Position numbers and translations under genes: made by a program
In this document: positions 46,076-57,440 of the stretch, piece by piece
Position numbering within the stretch: the first letter of the stretch is position 1
How the letters are laid out: each line of letters starts with the position of its first letter
The notes under the pieces: model-generated
What the model was told of the DNA's origin: nothing
Databases searched by the model: none
Seen by the model: only the letters and a program-made list of their open reading frames with translations
Assembly (NCBI GenBank): GCA_963706575.1
Contig: CAVPNL010000001.1
Coordinates: forward strand, 64,001-128,000
DNA from: an uncultured delta proteobacterium
Lineage (GTDB): Bacteria > Desulfobacterota > Desulfobacteria > Desulfobacterales > JAHEIW01
DNA: 64,000 nt
Direction of reading: 5' to 3'

Positions 46076-48410
46076 ATGACGCTAAGCAAACATAAAAACC
46101 CCTCTAAAAAATCTGCTGTGAAGATGAAGGGGGCAGAGCAAAAGAAAATCCAGAAGGATCGGTATCGCGTTCTGATTGAGGATGTGGCTGATGGGTTCTA
46201 CGAGGCTGATTTAAAAGGGAATTTCAAATTTTTTAATGATGCGCTCTGCCGAATTTTCGGATATTCACGCCAAAAAATCCGGAACAGCAACTTTCAGATT
46301 TACATGGATGATGCCAATGCCGCTATCGCCTATGAAGCCTTTAATAAAATATATCGTACCGGCAAGGGTGTGGTCGATATCAACTGGGAAATCATTCGCA
46401 AAGACGGCGAAAAGCGCCATCTGGAAATTTCCGCCAACCTGATTCGTGACAACGGCGGCAAACCCATCGGTTTCAGGGGGATTGCCAGGGATGTTACCGA
46501 TAAAGTCATCGCTCAGCTCGCGTTGAGTGAGTCTGAGACCTGTGCGCTGGAGCTGTCAGAGCAAAGCCGCCGTGCGGAGCTGCGCTATCGGGCGTTTTTA
46601 AAATTTTTACCCATACCGGTGTTTGTCTTTAATCTGGATAATACGGTGTCCTATCTGAATCCGGCTTTTGAAGAAGTGTTTGGCTGGCGCCTTGAAGAGG
46701 TGGATGGCAAGAAAATACCGTTCGTGCCCGAAAAATATAAGGAACAGACGATTGAGGGCATCCGGCGTCTGCACAAAGAAAAAGTTCTGCGTGGCTTTGA
46801 AACCAAACGGTTTACCAAGGACGGACGGCTGCTGGATATTATTGTTGATGGTGCCATCTTCTATGATGAAGACGGGCAGCCTGCCGGTCAGGTCGTCACC
46901 CTGCGCGATGTGACCCGCGAAAAACGCAGTGCGCGCGTCAATCAGGCTCTTTTTCAGGATTGCCCGCGCCATGTATCAGTATCGGGGTTTGGATCAGCGC
47001 TTGGAGCTGATTACCAAGGAAGTTCAGGATCTGCTGGGCCTTGAGGGCACCATGGTTATTTTGCTCGACGAAGCCAATCAGGAATTCTTTTTCCGCGAAG
47101 CCGTATTTGATAAAACCGAAACCGGCAAGAAGTTTAAGGAACTGCGCTACCCGGTGGACAAAGGCATCGCCGGATTGGTATACCGCACCGGCAAGCCTCA
47201 AATCGTACAGGATGCCTATAAAAGTCCATATTTCTCCCGTGAAGTCGACCTGCAGGCCATGCATCGCACGCGGAACATGGCCGACGTACCTTTAGAGATT
47301 GAGGGACGAATAATCGGTGTTTTGTGCGCCGTCAACAAAAAGGAGGGTGATTTTGATCAGTCCGATATTGAGCTGTTGACGACGATCGGTAATCTGGTTG
47401 CACTGCCGATTGAAAACGCCGGCATCAACGAAGAACTCAAACGGTCTTACGAAGATGTCAAAAGCCTTAACCGCACCAAAGACCGTGTGATTCATCATCT
47501 GTCTCATGAATTAAAAACCCCGGTCTCAATTTTGTCTGCATCTTTGAATCTTTTAAAAAAACGACTATCAGAAATGACCGACCAGCGCTGGGACCGGATT
47601 TTTGAGCGGGCTCAAAGAAACCTGCAGCGCTTGCTCGAGATGCAATATCAGCTGGAAGATATCCTGCGCGAAAAGGACTATAAAACCCATCACATGCTAT
47701 CGGCCCTGCTGGATGCGTCGGTGGATGAACTGGAAGTATTGATTTCACTGGGTTTGGGAGAAAAGGATATTATCGCAAAAATCCGGCAGCACATCGATGA
47801 CACCTACGGTCCCCGGGAATCCAAATCAGAGGTGATCGAGCTGGGCCCTTTCGTAAAGGACAAAATTAAAGCTCTGCGTCCCAAATTTGCGCATCGAAAG
47901 TGCCGCCTGCGAACCTATGCATCTGAGACCGCACCCATCTACATCCCTGCGGAGGTTTTGGGAAAGGTTGTGGAAGGCCTGGTTCGCAACGCCGTTGAGA
48001 ATACGCCCGATGGCGCAAACATATCTGTAAAGGTGCGCAAAGGTGAAATTGGCCCCGAATTTGAAGTCAAAGACAGCGGCATCGGTATCAGTGAAGAAAA
48101 TTTACGGTTAATCTTTGAAAATTATTTTACATCCTATGATACCATGCAGTACTCTACCCGTCAGCCCTATGATTTTAAAGCGGGCGGGAAAGGCTTTGAT
48201 TTACTGCGTATGAAAATATTTTCAGAAAGGTATAACTTCAGAATTAAGATGACATCCCGGCCCTGTCATTTAATCGACAAAGAAGGGTTTGAATGCCCGG
48301 GTAGTGTCGCCGATTGTGTGCCGGATGTTGATACGAAAGATTGCCGCAACACCGGCGGAACAACCGTGAAGGTGCAATTCTATCCCGCCGATCGATTTAC
48401 CAAAAGATAG
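46076..48410 (+). CDS. PAS-PAS-GAF histidine kinase, split by a +1 frameshift at about 46950-46954
   Basis: Two PAS domains, GAF (KGIAG, VNKKEGDF), H-box SHELKTP, N-box LVRNA, G1 DSGIGI; removing one T joins the ORFs as NQALFRIARA. Confidence 0.85.
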
Positions 48411-48500
48411 TTTTGCGGTAAAAAAAAAGTTAAGACTGCGGCGCAGATCTTATGGACATTTGGATTAAACCGATAAACGATTTATTTAAAGGCCCGTACC

Positions 48501-49314
48501 ATGAGCGAACAAAACGAACACAAAGATAATATTCAGCCGACTGGAGAAAAGGCCGAGCAATTTTTCAGGGAAATTGAAATCGAATTTCTGGTCCATGAAC
48601 TCAAAGACCCCATCGCCGTTATTGAAACCGGCCTGCGGACCCTGTTGGAGCGCCAGGATAAGTTCGGGGTTTTATCTGCCCGCCAGGAAAGCACCTTAAA
48701 GCGCACGTTAAGAAATTCAAAAAAAGCCCGAGAGCTGCTTCACAACTTACTTGAGATTGGACGCTCAGAATCCGGATGCTTTATCGGTGAGCGCTTTCAA
48801 CCGGCAGAATCGGCTTTTCAGGCCTTAAAAGATGCGCTCGAGACGCATGCATGGAATGTATTTGAAAAATTTGGCACCTATGACAATCAAACGAAAGCAC
48901 TTGAGTTTCTGCAAACCAGCGGTATTTCTTTTGCAGTGGCACCAACGGTAGATGGCTTGGAGATGTTTCAAGATGAAGTTAAATTTCGCCAGATTATCGG
49001 CAATTTGATTAAAAACGCGCTTCATCACTGCAAACAGAGGGTGGACATCCGGCTGGAACTGGATGGAGAAGATCTGGTCATAGCGGTCAGCGATGATGGG
49101 CCCGGCATTGAGCCGGAAAATCATGAAATGGTATTTCAACGCTATGCCCAGGTAAAAGAGTGCTCTATTGTGCCGCGTAAGGGCCACGGCCTCGGCCTGG
49201 CCGGTGCCAACATTATTTCCCGCTGCCTGGGGGGCAGCCTCGAGTCTGGAAAGTGAGAAAGGCAAAGGGGCTACCTTTCGATTAACAGTACCCATAAGAC
49301 TGGCCGACGATTAA
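48501..49314 (+). CDS. Sensor-less histidine kinase (HisKA-HATPase), +1 frameshift at about 49245
   Basis: VHELKDP, NLIKNA, DDGPGI, GHGLGL; the shifted frame gives the expected LESEKGKGATFRLTVP end. Confidence 0.85.
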
Positions 49315-49514
49315 AACCCACCTCAAAAATGTCTTTTGGCCTCCCGCCTTTGGCGGGATTGGTGCCTCGTTTCAAATCCTCGACATACAAAAAAGTATGC
49401 CTCCGGTTTGCGACCCACAAGGCGTTTAAGATCAGATGGGGAATCCAGCAACGCTGGGAAACGAGGCCCCGTCGCGATCTTGAACCAAAATCCTATTTTT
49501 GAGATGGGTTTTTA
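49312..49514. mobile_element. MITE, about 203 bp, same family as 35578-35723
   Basis: TAAAACCCACCTCAAAAAT...ATTTTTGAGATGGGTTTTTA; shares TTGGTGCCTCGTTT.AAATCCTC.ACATAC and CGCGATCTTGAACCAAAATCCTA. Confidence 0.8.
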
Positions 49515-49527
49515 GTTTTAATACAAT

Positions 49528-51388
49528 TCAATACAGCGCTTTAGCCACATCTTTGAGGCCTAACGCCTCCAGTTTTTGCTTTTTAGGCTTTCCGGAGTGA
49601 AGGTCCCAATCCATTTCGGTGTACCAGTCTCTAACCAAAAGGTCGATATCGCAGTGTCTGCCAACAAGAGGCCCTTTTTCTGGAGGAGGCGTCTTGTATA
49701 CCCGATCGGGAACATGAAATTCCAATGGGTTTAAGCCTTCCCGGATGTTAAACGCCTGTTGTAAATTCGCAATTCGCTCGCCAATCAATATTAATTCATC
49801 GAAATCGATATCCCATCCAGTTACACAACCGATAAACTCGTGAGTCGCATTTACCGGAATCGTTATATGGCCGAACAGGCAGAATCCCGCACTTGTTGCT
49901 GCGTTTGTCAGGCTCATGATACGCTTTTGCTCGGCCCCCTCTGTTTTCAAAGGAATCTAAATCGTAAGGCGGCATTCCAAGGTCCGGGTGCCGGAATTCA
50001 CCCTCGCCGGAAGCACGTGTATGGCGTGCAGGTGCTGGAGCAGCCTTATAGGTCGCTCCCAAGCCGAGACGGATCTGGGCTCGAGGATCGTGCATTGGTA
50101 GTTCCTGGCCTTTGATATGGATGGCATATTTTTCTGCTCCGTTCCCTATTTTTTCAGCGGCCAACTTGACGCCATCGGCTAATATATCTCCAAAGCCTTC
50201 TCTTCTCGCAATCTTTTCAGCCATGGCGATGATCGCTCTGTGATTTCCCCAGGTGAGTTCAATACCATCCGTATCTTTCTGACGAATGATTCCATTTTCA
50301 AAACATTCGATCGCAAAGGCAATTGTGCAACCGGTTGATATGGTATCCAGCCCTTGACGATTACAAATATCGTTGGATAGAATAATAGATTCAATATCGC
50401 TATTCAGACACATGCTGCCAAAAGCCCCAATCGTCTCATATTCTGGTTTGTGGACACCTGCAGCATATTTGTACTTTCCCAGGCCTTGCTTCATGATTCC
50501 GCCGCAGTGCATGGGGCAGTTCCAGCATCCATATCGTTTTTCTTGCCTTTTGATAAAGTTTTCACCCGAAATTTCCTCCAGGTCAGGCATGTCAAGGATA
50601 CTTCCGGCCCAATTCTTAATCGGAAGGCGTCCGTTCATGACCGAGCCGGGAATCATGGCGCTGGTTCCAATATCATGGAAGAATGAAAACCACGGATTTT
50701 CCTTCATTTCGGGTAAATAGTTTTTGCGTAACTGATCCAGTTTTTCTTTCTCAACGACGGGTACCTTTTTTTTCCCACGAACCGCCAATGCTTTAAGACC
50801 TTTCGAACCCATGACGGCCCCAATTCCTGAACGTCCTGCGGCTCTGCCCTTATTCGTAATAATGGCTGATATTAAGGATATTTTTTCTCCAGCAGGGCCG
50901 ATACAGGCAACTCGAACGTCTTTGCCATGCTCGCTTTTCAACAGATCCTCAGTGTCGTGTGTGTCCTTTCCCCAGATAAACTGCGCATCCCTGAGCTCGG
51001 CCTTGCCCTCGTCGATCAAAAGATATACGGGCTTTTCTGATGCGCCGGTGAAGAAAACAGCGTCGTACCCGGCGAACTTGAGGTATGGGCCGAAATCTCC
51101 TCCAGAGTTTGCATCACCCCACGTATCTGTCAGCGGAGATTTAGCGACAACGGTGAATCTTCCGCAAAAAGGAACCGTCGTTCCTGTCACCGGACCCGTT
51201 AAAAAGCCAAGAATGTTGTCCGGCCCTAAAGGATCGACCCCCCTTAGCTGGCGGTTGAAAAGAATATGAGCGCCCATTCCATAGCCTCCGAGAAATTGAC
51301 GGCAAATTTCATCCTCAAGCGTATCTTCAATAATTTCAGATGTTGTAAGATTTACAAATAAAATCTTTCCCATGTATCCGCCAGTCAT
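49528..51388 (-). CDS. Aldehyde:ferredoxin oxidoreductase (tungsten AOR family), +1 frameshift at about 49935-49939
   Basis: GGYMGKIL, KSPLT, AAGRSGIGAVMGSKGLKA, CWNCPMHC, EYET, GLDTIS, HDPR; removing one G gives NRGAEQKR. Confidence 0.9.
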
Positions 51389-51437
51389 ATTCACCTCCTA
51401 TTTAAAAAAGAAATTAGAGAAAACCGATCGAATCATT

Positions 51438-52010
51438 TCAGTCTAAATAAATCCCTTTGGTGAAAATTCGGTTAAAAATTTCAGAAAGCCGGGCAGGGGA
51501 GATCTTACCTTTTGGGTCATACCAGCGATAGGCCCAGCTGACCATCCCGAAAAAAGCGAAGGCACATGCTTTCGTATCCAAATCAACCATTTTACCATCA
51601 GCTTTTAGTTCATCCAAGATTTTCATGAGGCTGTTGGCATAGATTCTTTGCTTCTCTTTTATTTCTTCTTTGTGTTCAGGGTTGAGCGCGTCCTGATTGT
51701 GAACCAACAATTTCATTTTATTAAAATCGACCGCTGCCTGGGTATGAATTTTGAGGATGTCGGATAATTTTACTTTGAGACTTTTTTGGCTTCCTTCAAT
51801 CTCCTGAATCAGGCTCAGGCCGGTGCTGATGGTCTCTTCCAATATCTGGTATAGCAGATCTTCTTTGCTGTCGAAATAATAGTACACGGCTGCCGGGCTT
51901 ATTCCGGCCGACCGGGCAATGTCCCGGGTTGTCGCAGACTGAAATCCGCGTTCAGCAAATACCTTTGCGGCCGCATTGCGAATTAATTTTCTTTTTTCTT
52001 CTTTCATCAA
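51438..52010 (-). CDS. TetR/AcrR family transcriptional regulator
   Basis: FAERGFQSATTRDIARSAG...YYYFDSKEDL; KstR2-like C-terminus YRWYDPKG. Confidence 0.95.
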   Translation of the reverse strand: MMKEEKRKLIRNAAAKVFAERGFQSATTRDIARSAGISPAAVYYYFDSKEDLLYQILEETISTGLSLIQEIEGSQKSLKVKLSDILKIHTQAAVDFNKMKLLVHNQDALNPEHKEEIKEKQRIYANSLMKILDELKADGKMVDLDTKACAFAFFGMVSWAYRWYDPKGKISPARLSEIFNRIFTKGIYLD

Positions 52011-52029
52011 AAATCTCCAAATTTTTTGT

Positions 52030-52263
52030 CTGATTGATCAATCAGGCCATTCGTTCAATTAATAGAATGAACTTCACCTGGGCGTCAATAGGATTTTGAA
52101 TCATCTTTAGGTCTCAAGCGTGCTTATGTATTCGCTGCTAAAATCTCGAATAAAGTTATAACTATCTAAAATAATATTAAAATTTTTATTAAAAATACCT
52201 TGACACCAGGTTCCAAAGAGGATATTTATTTTGAACAATTGATCTGATTGAACGATCAGTCAG
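52030..52263. promoter_or_regulatory. Divergent promoter region with TetR-type operators
   Basis: Perfect palindrome CTGATTGATCAATCAG (52030-52045); related CTGATTGAACGATCAGTCAG (52244-52263) downstream of TTGACA at 52200. Confidence 0.7.
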
Positions 52264-52299
52264 ATTTTTATGAAAAGTAATTCCAAAAGAGGTCAATTC

Positions 52300-54621
52300 A
52301 TGAAAACACATCGCATCATTGGGAAACGGCTTCCCCGGATCGATTCAAAGGATAAAGTTACCGGGAAAGCGCTTTACACGGATGATATGTCCTTGCCGGG
52401 CATGCTATGCGGTTTGATCTTACGCAGCCCTTTGCCGCATGCCAAAATCATTCGTATCGATACATCGAAAGCCTTAAAAGTATCCGGGGTCAAGGCGATT
52501 GTAACCGCTGAGGACACGCCCAAAATTAAATTCGGCATTATTTCCAGATCGCCCAAATATATGGATGAGTACCCATTAGCTGTGGATAAGGTTCGCTTTA
52601 TCGGAGAGGAAGTGGCTGCTGTGGCAGCGGTCGATGCCGACGCTGCAATGGAAGCGTTGGACTTGATTCAAGTTCAATATGAAGAACTGCCGGCAGTATA
52701 CGACCCGGAGGAAGCCCGGAATCCGGCAGCCCCTCAAATTCACGAGCATGCCCCGCTGAACATTAGCCGTGAGTATCACATCAAAAGAGGCGACCCTGCC
52801 GCCGCTTTTAGCAAATGCGCACTGGTACGCGAAGACATATTTACAACCCAATCGGCCATTCATGCTTATATGGAGCCCCGGGTTGCCCTGGCTTACTGGG
52901 ACCAAGGCAGAGCGTTGACGGTTTATACATCAACCCAGACACCGTACTACGTTCAACAGCACCTGGGGCGGACCTTAGATATCAATCCGGATAACATCCG
53001 GGTGATAAAGCCCCATGTGGGCGGCGGTTTTGGCGGTAAATCAGATGGGTTGTCCGCGGTAGAATTTTGTGCAGCATTGCTGGCCAAACATACAGATCGG
53101 CCGGTGAAAATCGTCTGTTCGCGGGATGAAGAATTTACAGCTGCCAGAAGAAAACACCCGGTAAAGATCACCATGAAAACCGGTGTTAGCAAAACCGGAA
53201 TGATTTTGGCGCGACAGTGTAAAGCGGTGTTGGACGGTGGCGCATACTGCAGCCTGGGTCCGCTAACAACGATTTTAATGGGAACCTTTCAAACGCTGCC
53301 TTTCGGTTTTGAGCATTATCAATACGATGGTTACCGAATTTATACCAACAAGCCGCCCTGTGGGGCTATGCGGGGCCACGGTGGCCCCCAGATTCATTTT
53401 GCTCAGGATATTCAGTTAGATATGATCGCCGAAGCGTTGGGTTTGGATCCGGTGGAGATGGCGATGAAAAACGGTCTGCAAAAGGGAGATGAATCAGCGG
53501 CAGGCTTTAAAATCGTTAGCTCCGGGTTTCGAGAATGCCTGCAAAAGGTTTCGGCCGAGGCCGGGTGGAAGCAGAATAGAAAATCAAAAAATAAGGGGAG
53601 CAGCCCCAAAGCATATGGCATCGGCCTGGGGTGCGGCGGGTTTCCGTCCGGTGCGGGGTTTTACTTCAACAAAACGACTTCTGCCCATTCGTCCGTAATT
53701 ATAAAGGCCGGTGAAGGCGGCGGGTTAAATGTGCTTACCGGAGCCTCCGATATCGGCCAGGGATCTGACAGTGTGATCTGCCAGATCATTGCCGAGGTTT
53801 TGGGGCTGTCTTTGGAAGACATCCATCTGACAAGTGCAGATACCCACCTGACACCGCCGGATATGGGGACCTATTCGAGCCGGGTGACGGTCGCAGCCGG
53901 CAATGCAGCCTTAAATGCAGCCAAAGCCGCCAGGGATGAGATTTTTCGCATTGCGGCGGACCATCTGGAAGCAAATCCAGATGATCTAGTCGCCAATGAC
54001 CGCAGGATTTATGTCGATGGAAGCCCGGATCGATTCATATCCTTTGCCGATGCAGTCAATCAATATCAGAGAAAAAACGAGGGATCACCTTTGCTGGTCA
54101 AAGGTTCTTACAATTCTCCGGATCCATTGTCTCCCACCTACAGTTTTGGGGCGTATATATGCGAAGTTGAGGTCGATCTGAGAACGGGTGAGTTTAAAAT
54201 ACTCAGGTTTTCGGTGGCCCATGATTGTGGGCAACCGCTTAACCCCATGTCAGTGGAAGGGCAAATAGAAGGCTGTATCGGAATGGGCATGGGATATGCC
54301 ATCCAGGAACAACTGGATTTCGAAGATGGCCAGACCTTAAACCCGTCCTTTATGGGATATTCATTACCCACAGCCAACCAGATGCCAGAAATTAACATTG
54401 CCCATATCGTTACAGAGGATCCACACGGACCTTTTGGGGCCAAGGAAACCGGGGAGGGTTCTCTGGACCCGGCTGCACCTGCAATTTGCAACGCGATATA
54501 CAATGCGACGGGTGTGCGAATTATGGATCTCCCCGTCACAGCGGAGAAAATTTTAAAAGGATTAAAAAAAAAGGAGTCGCAGGATGCAAAATCGACTGAT
54601 CGAATTGACAGTAAACGGTGA
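52300..54621 (+). CDS. hcrA: Xanthine-oxidase-family Mo subunit, 4-hydroxybenzoyl-CoA reductase alpha-like
   Basis: TQTPYYV, GGGFGG, YTNKPPCGAMRGHG, DIGQGS, GAKETGEG. Confidence 0.7.
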   Translation: MKTHRIIGKRLPRIDSKDKVTGKALYTDDMSLPGMLCGLILRSPLPHAKIIRIDTSKALKVSGVKAIVTAEDTPKIKFGIISRSPKYMDEYPLAVDKVRFIGEEVAAVAAVDADAAMEALDLIQVQYEELPAVYDPEEARNPAAPQIHEHAPLNISREYHIKRGDPAAAFSKCALVREDIFTTQSAIHAYMEPRVALAYWDQGRALTVYTSTQTPYYVQQHLGRTLDINPDNIRVIKPHVGGGFGGKSDGLSAVEFCAALLAKHTDRPVKIVCSRDEEFTAARRKHPVKITMKTGVSKTGMILARQCKAVLDGGAYCSLGPLTTILMGTFQTLPFGFEHYQYDGYRIYTNKPPCGAMRGHGGPQIHFAQDIQLDMIAEALGLDPVEMAMKNGLQKGDESAAGFKIVSSGFRECLQKVSAEAGWKQNRKSKNKGSSPKAYGIGLGCGGFPSGAGFYFNKTTSAHSSVIIKAGEGGGLNVLTGASDIGQGSDSVICQIIAEVLGLSLEDIHLTSADTHLTPPDMGTYSSRVTVAAGNAALNAAKAARDEIFRIAADHLEANPDDLVANDRRIYVDGSPDRFISFADAVNQYQRKNEGSPLLVKGSYNSPDPLSPTYSFGAYICEVEVDLRTGEFKILRFSVAHDCGQPLNPMSVEGQIEGCIGMGMGYAIQEQLDFEDGQTLNPSFMGYSLPTANQMPEINIAHIVTEDPHGPFGAKETGEGSLDPAAPAICNAIYNATGVRIMDLPVTAEKILKGLKKKESQDAKSTDRIDSKR

Positions 54622-55060
54622 GATTCGTGAGGTGGCGGTTAAAGCCAATGATACGCTTCTGGAGGTGCTGAGAGAAAAACTGAGTCTGATCGGTACCAAA
54701 GAAGCCTGCGGCATGGGTGAATGCGGCGCTTGTACTGTTTTAATCGATCGCAAGCCGGTGCTGTCCTGTCTTACCTTAGCCGTTGACGCAAACGGCAAAG
54801 AAATCATTACCATAGAAGGCGTATCCTCCCCAAAGGGTCTGGATGCGGTTCAGGAATCATTCATTAACCAGGGTGCGGTTCAATGCGGGTACTGTACGCC
54901 CGGGATGGTACTTACGGCCAAAGACCTTTTATCCCGCAACCCAAGCCCCAGCGAAGAACAAATCCGTGCAGCGATCTCAGGAAATTTATGCCGCTGTACA
55001 GGTTACACGAAGATTGTAGAAGCCATTCAGGCTGCGGCCGAGGGAGGTGTCAGCAAATGA
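54584..55060 (+). CDS. hcrC: 2x[2Fe-2S] subunit (HcrC/CoxS-like)
   Basis: CGMGECGACTV, QCGYCTPG, NLCRCTGY. Confidence 0.8.
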   Translation: MQNRLIELTVNGEIREVAVKANDTLLEVLREKLSLIGTKEACGMGECGACTVLIDRKPVLSCLTLAVDANGKEIITIEGVSSPKGLDAVQESFINQGAVQCGYCTPGMVLTAKDLLSRNPSPSEEQIRAAISGNLCRCTGYTKIVEAIQAAAEGGVSK

Positions 55061-56055
55061 ACAGTAACCGGCTACCAAAGTTGACCTGCTTTGAACCCAA
55101 AACGATCGATGAGGCGGTCGAGATTAAAAAAGAGTTCGGAAAAGATGCCGTCATTTTGGCCGGCGGAACCGATGTCCTCCCGCTTCTCAAGCGCCGCAAC
55201 ATCGGCGCCCGAACGCTGCTCAATCTCAAAACCATTCCGGAATTAGGTCAGATTGAATCGAATGCTAACGGAAAAATCAAAATCGGGGCAACCACGACGC
55301 TACGGGATATCATCGATTCTGATTTGATCGTCGACGCATTTCCTCTTTTGGTTGAAGCGGCTGCTTCGGTTGCCTACAATCAAATCAGAAATATGGCGAC
55401 CCTGATCGGCAATCTCTGCCTAGACAATAAGTGCACTTACTACAATCAATCCAAATTTTGGTGGCAAACCCGGGCGGATTGCATCAAGCGTGGTGGAATT
55501 CAGTGTTATGCGGTCAAAGGCGGTGAACAATGTTTTGCTTTAGCTGTTGGTGACACCGTCCCCGCATTGATTGCCCTGGATGCAGAATTAAGCATCATTG
55601 GGCCCAATAGTGTACGCCGAATACCCGTGACGAAATTTTATACCGGAAACGGCCGCAAGCCCTATCAGCTAAATGATGATGAACTTGTTTGCGCTATTGA
55701 GCTGAGCGCTTCTTCTGATGGTTGGCGTAACGGATTTCTAAAAAAAAGTGTGCGCGGCGCTGTCGATTTTGCCCTCGCAGCCATGGCGATGCGCTTAAGG
55801 CCAAAGGGCCGCAAAATTGAAGACATTCGGATTGTTTTAAACGGGATTTCGGTAAAACCGATAGAGGCGAAAATGGCCCAGAGATACCTTATTGGGAAAG
55901 ACATCAACAAAGACACAATCGATGCGGCTGTTAAATTGATATTGAAGGAATCCGTTCCGCTATCTTCGATTGGGACTACAGTTGCGGTCCGCAGAAAAAT
56001 GATCGCGGCTATGTTCGAAGATCTTTTATATCGTTTAAATCCAAACCACTTCTAG
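55057..56055 (+). CDS. hcrB: FAD subunit with [4Fe-4S] insertion (HcrB-like)
   Basis: AGGTD, IRNMATLIGNLC, plus the insert CTYYNQSKFW...C.K.GG..C......EQC. Confidence 0.8.
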   Translation: MNSNRLPKLTCFEPKTIDEAVEIKKEFGKDAVILAGGTDVLPLLKRRNIGARTLLNLKTIPELGQIESNANGKIKIGATTTLRDIIDSDLIVDAFPLLVEAAASVAYNQIRNMATLIGNLCLDNKCTYYNQSKFWWQTRADCIKRGGIQCYAVKGGEQCFALAVGDTVPALIALDAELSIIGPNSVRRIPVTKFYTGNGRKPYQLNDDELVCAIELSASSDGWRNGFLKKSVRGAVDFALAAMAMRLRPKGRKIEDIRIVLNGISVKPIEAKMAQRYLIGKDINKDTIDAAVKLILKESVPLSSIGTTVAVRRKMIAAMFEDLLYRLNPNHF

Positions 56056-56474
56056 AGAAATGGTATGGGCTTACCGGTTCGGTAAGCCAGGGCTGAACAC
56101 GTGGCAATCAGGGCACCCGTTTCATCGGTGACCTTGATATCAAAGTTTGCGGTTTTTTTGGTTTGACTGATTCGACGCGCAACCGCGCGCAACCGCGCGC
56201 CGGCTGTTGGACTGGCCACATAGGTCACGTTCATATTCAAGGCCACAACGATGGTCCCCTCGGTTTGACAGGCAGTCTCAAATGCTTCGTCAATAAGCCC
56301 AAATAGGGCACCCCCGTGAGCATGTTGATAGATATTGTCCATGCGATCCGGATCATATTTCATTTCAACCACCGAATAACCCAGATCTAATTCTTCCAGT
56401 GTTATATTCAAGGCCTGCGCAAATGGTTCTTTTCTCACCGCTTTAAATAACGCCTCCTTTAACTTTGCGTCCAT
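56052..56474 (-). CDS. PaaI-family hotdog thioesterase
   Basis: N...HAHGGALFGLIDEAF. Confidence 0.9.
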   Translation of the reverse strand: MDAKLKEALFKAVRKEPFAQALNITLEELDLGYSVVEMKYDPDRMDNIYQHAHGGALFGLIDEAFETACQTEGTIVVALNMNVTYVASPTAGARLRAVARRISQTKKTANFDIKVTDETGALIATCSALAYRTGKPIPFL

Positions 56475-56630
56475 CTCCGTTCTCCTATCTTTGCATAATG
56501 GCACTGTTTTTTAAGATCGATTCATACTTATTAGCGGGATCATCGTTTGCATGCAAGTTCTTTTAAACCTGGCATTATCAAACACCCTTTTTTCTTGAAT
56601 AACCGCAAGAGTCATCTTAAGTTTAAACCT

Positions 56631-57431
56631 ATGGACGACGATCAATTTCGGCAACTACTGGATCGGTTTGATTTTTCCTGGTCCGGATATCGCAAGGTCA
56701 GAAAAGGCGTTAAAAAGCGCATATCGCGGCATATGCAGGAATTTAAATGCCCAAATATCAATGCCTACCTGGATCTGCTGAATAAAAGTGAAGAACTGCG
56801 GCAAGAATTTGAAAAACGGATGGCCGTTTCTATCAGCCGGTTTTTCCGGGACCGACAGCTCTGGGTTGACCTGGAAGACGATGTTTTGCCCCGCCTGATT
56901 GGAACAGATTCGAAAAGGCTTTTCGTATGGTCGGCCGGTTGTGCACGTGGTGAAGAGGTGTATAGTTTCAAAATCGTCTGGGACCGCCTGAATAAAAAAT
57001 ACGAGCAATTACCTGAAGTTGAGATTATGGCGACGGATATACATTCGGATTATATCGACAAGGGCAGGGCAGGGGTATATGCCAAAAGCAGTATGAAGGA
57101 GGTTCCCCCGGAAATTCGGGAGCACTATTTTGATATTAGAAAAAGCGGCAGTCGTTTTGATATAAAAGCCGCTTTTAAAAGAGACATTCAATGGAAGGTT
57201 CAGGATATTTTCAGCGATCCTCCCGGATCCGCATTTGATATTATCTTTATAAGAAACAATCTGTTAACGTACTACAAGGCCCATTTAAAAATAGAGGGTC
57301 TGAAAAGAATTATCAAGGCCCTTGCGCCTGGTGGATGGCTGATTGTGGGTTCCCACGAAAAATTGCCGTCAGCGGTTTCAAATATGCAACGCCACGATTC
57401 CATTCCGTGGGCTTACCGGCAATATCTTTAA
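56631..57431 (+). CDS. CheR-family SAM-dependent methyltransferase (orphan)
   Basis: ISRFFRD, WSAGCARGEEVYS, ATDI, FIRNNL, GSHE. Confidence 0.9.
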   Translation: MDDDQFRQLLDRFDFSWSGYRKVRKGVKKRISRHMQEFKCPNINAYLDLLNKSEELRQEFEKRMAVSISRFFRDRQLWVDLEDDVLPRLIGTDSKRLFVWSAGCARGEEVYSFKIVWDRLNKKYEQLPEVEIMATDIHSDYIDKGRAGVYAKSSMKEVPPEIREHYFDIRKSGSRFDIKAAFKRDIQWKVQDIFSDPPGSAFDIIFIRNNLLTYYKAHLKIEGLKRIIKALAPGGWLIVGSHEKLPSAVSNMQRHDSIPWAYRQYL

Positions 57432-57440
57432 AGTTTGTTT

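Noticed and set aside
49254..49256. Selenocysteine readthrough of the kinase TGA
   Set aside because: A +1 frameshift restores the canonical C-terminus; readthrough does not.
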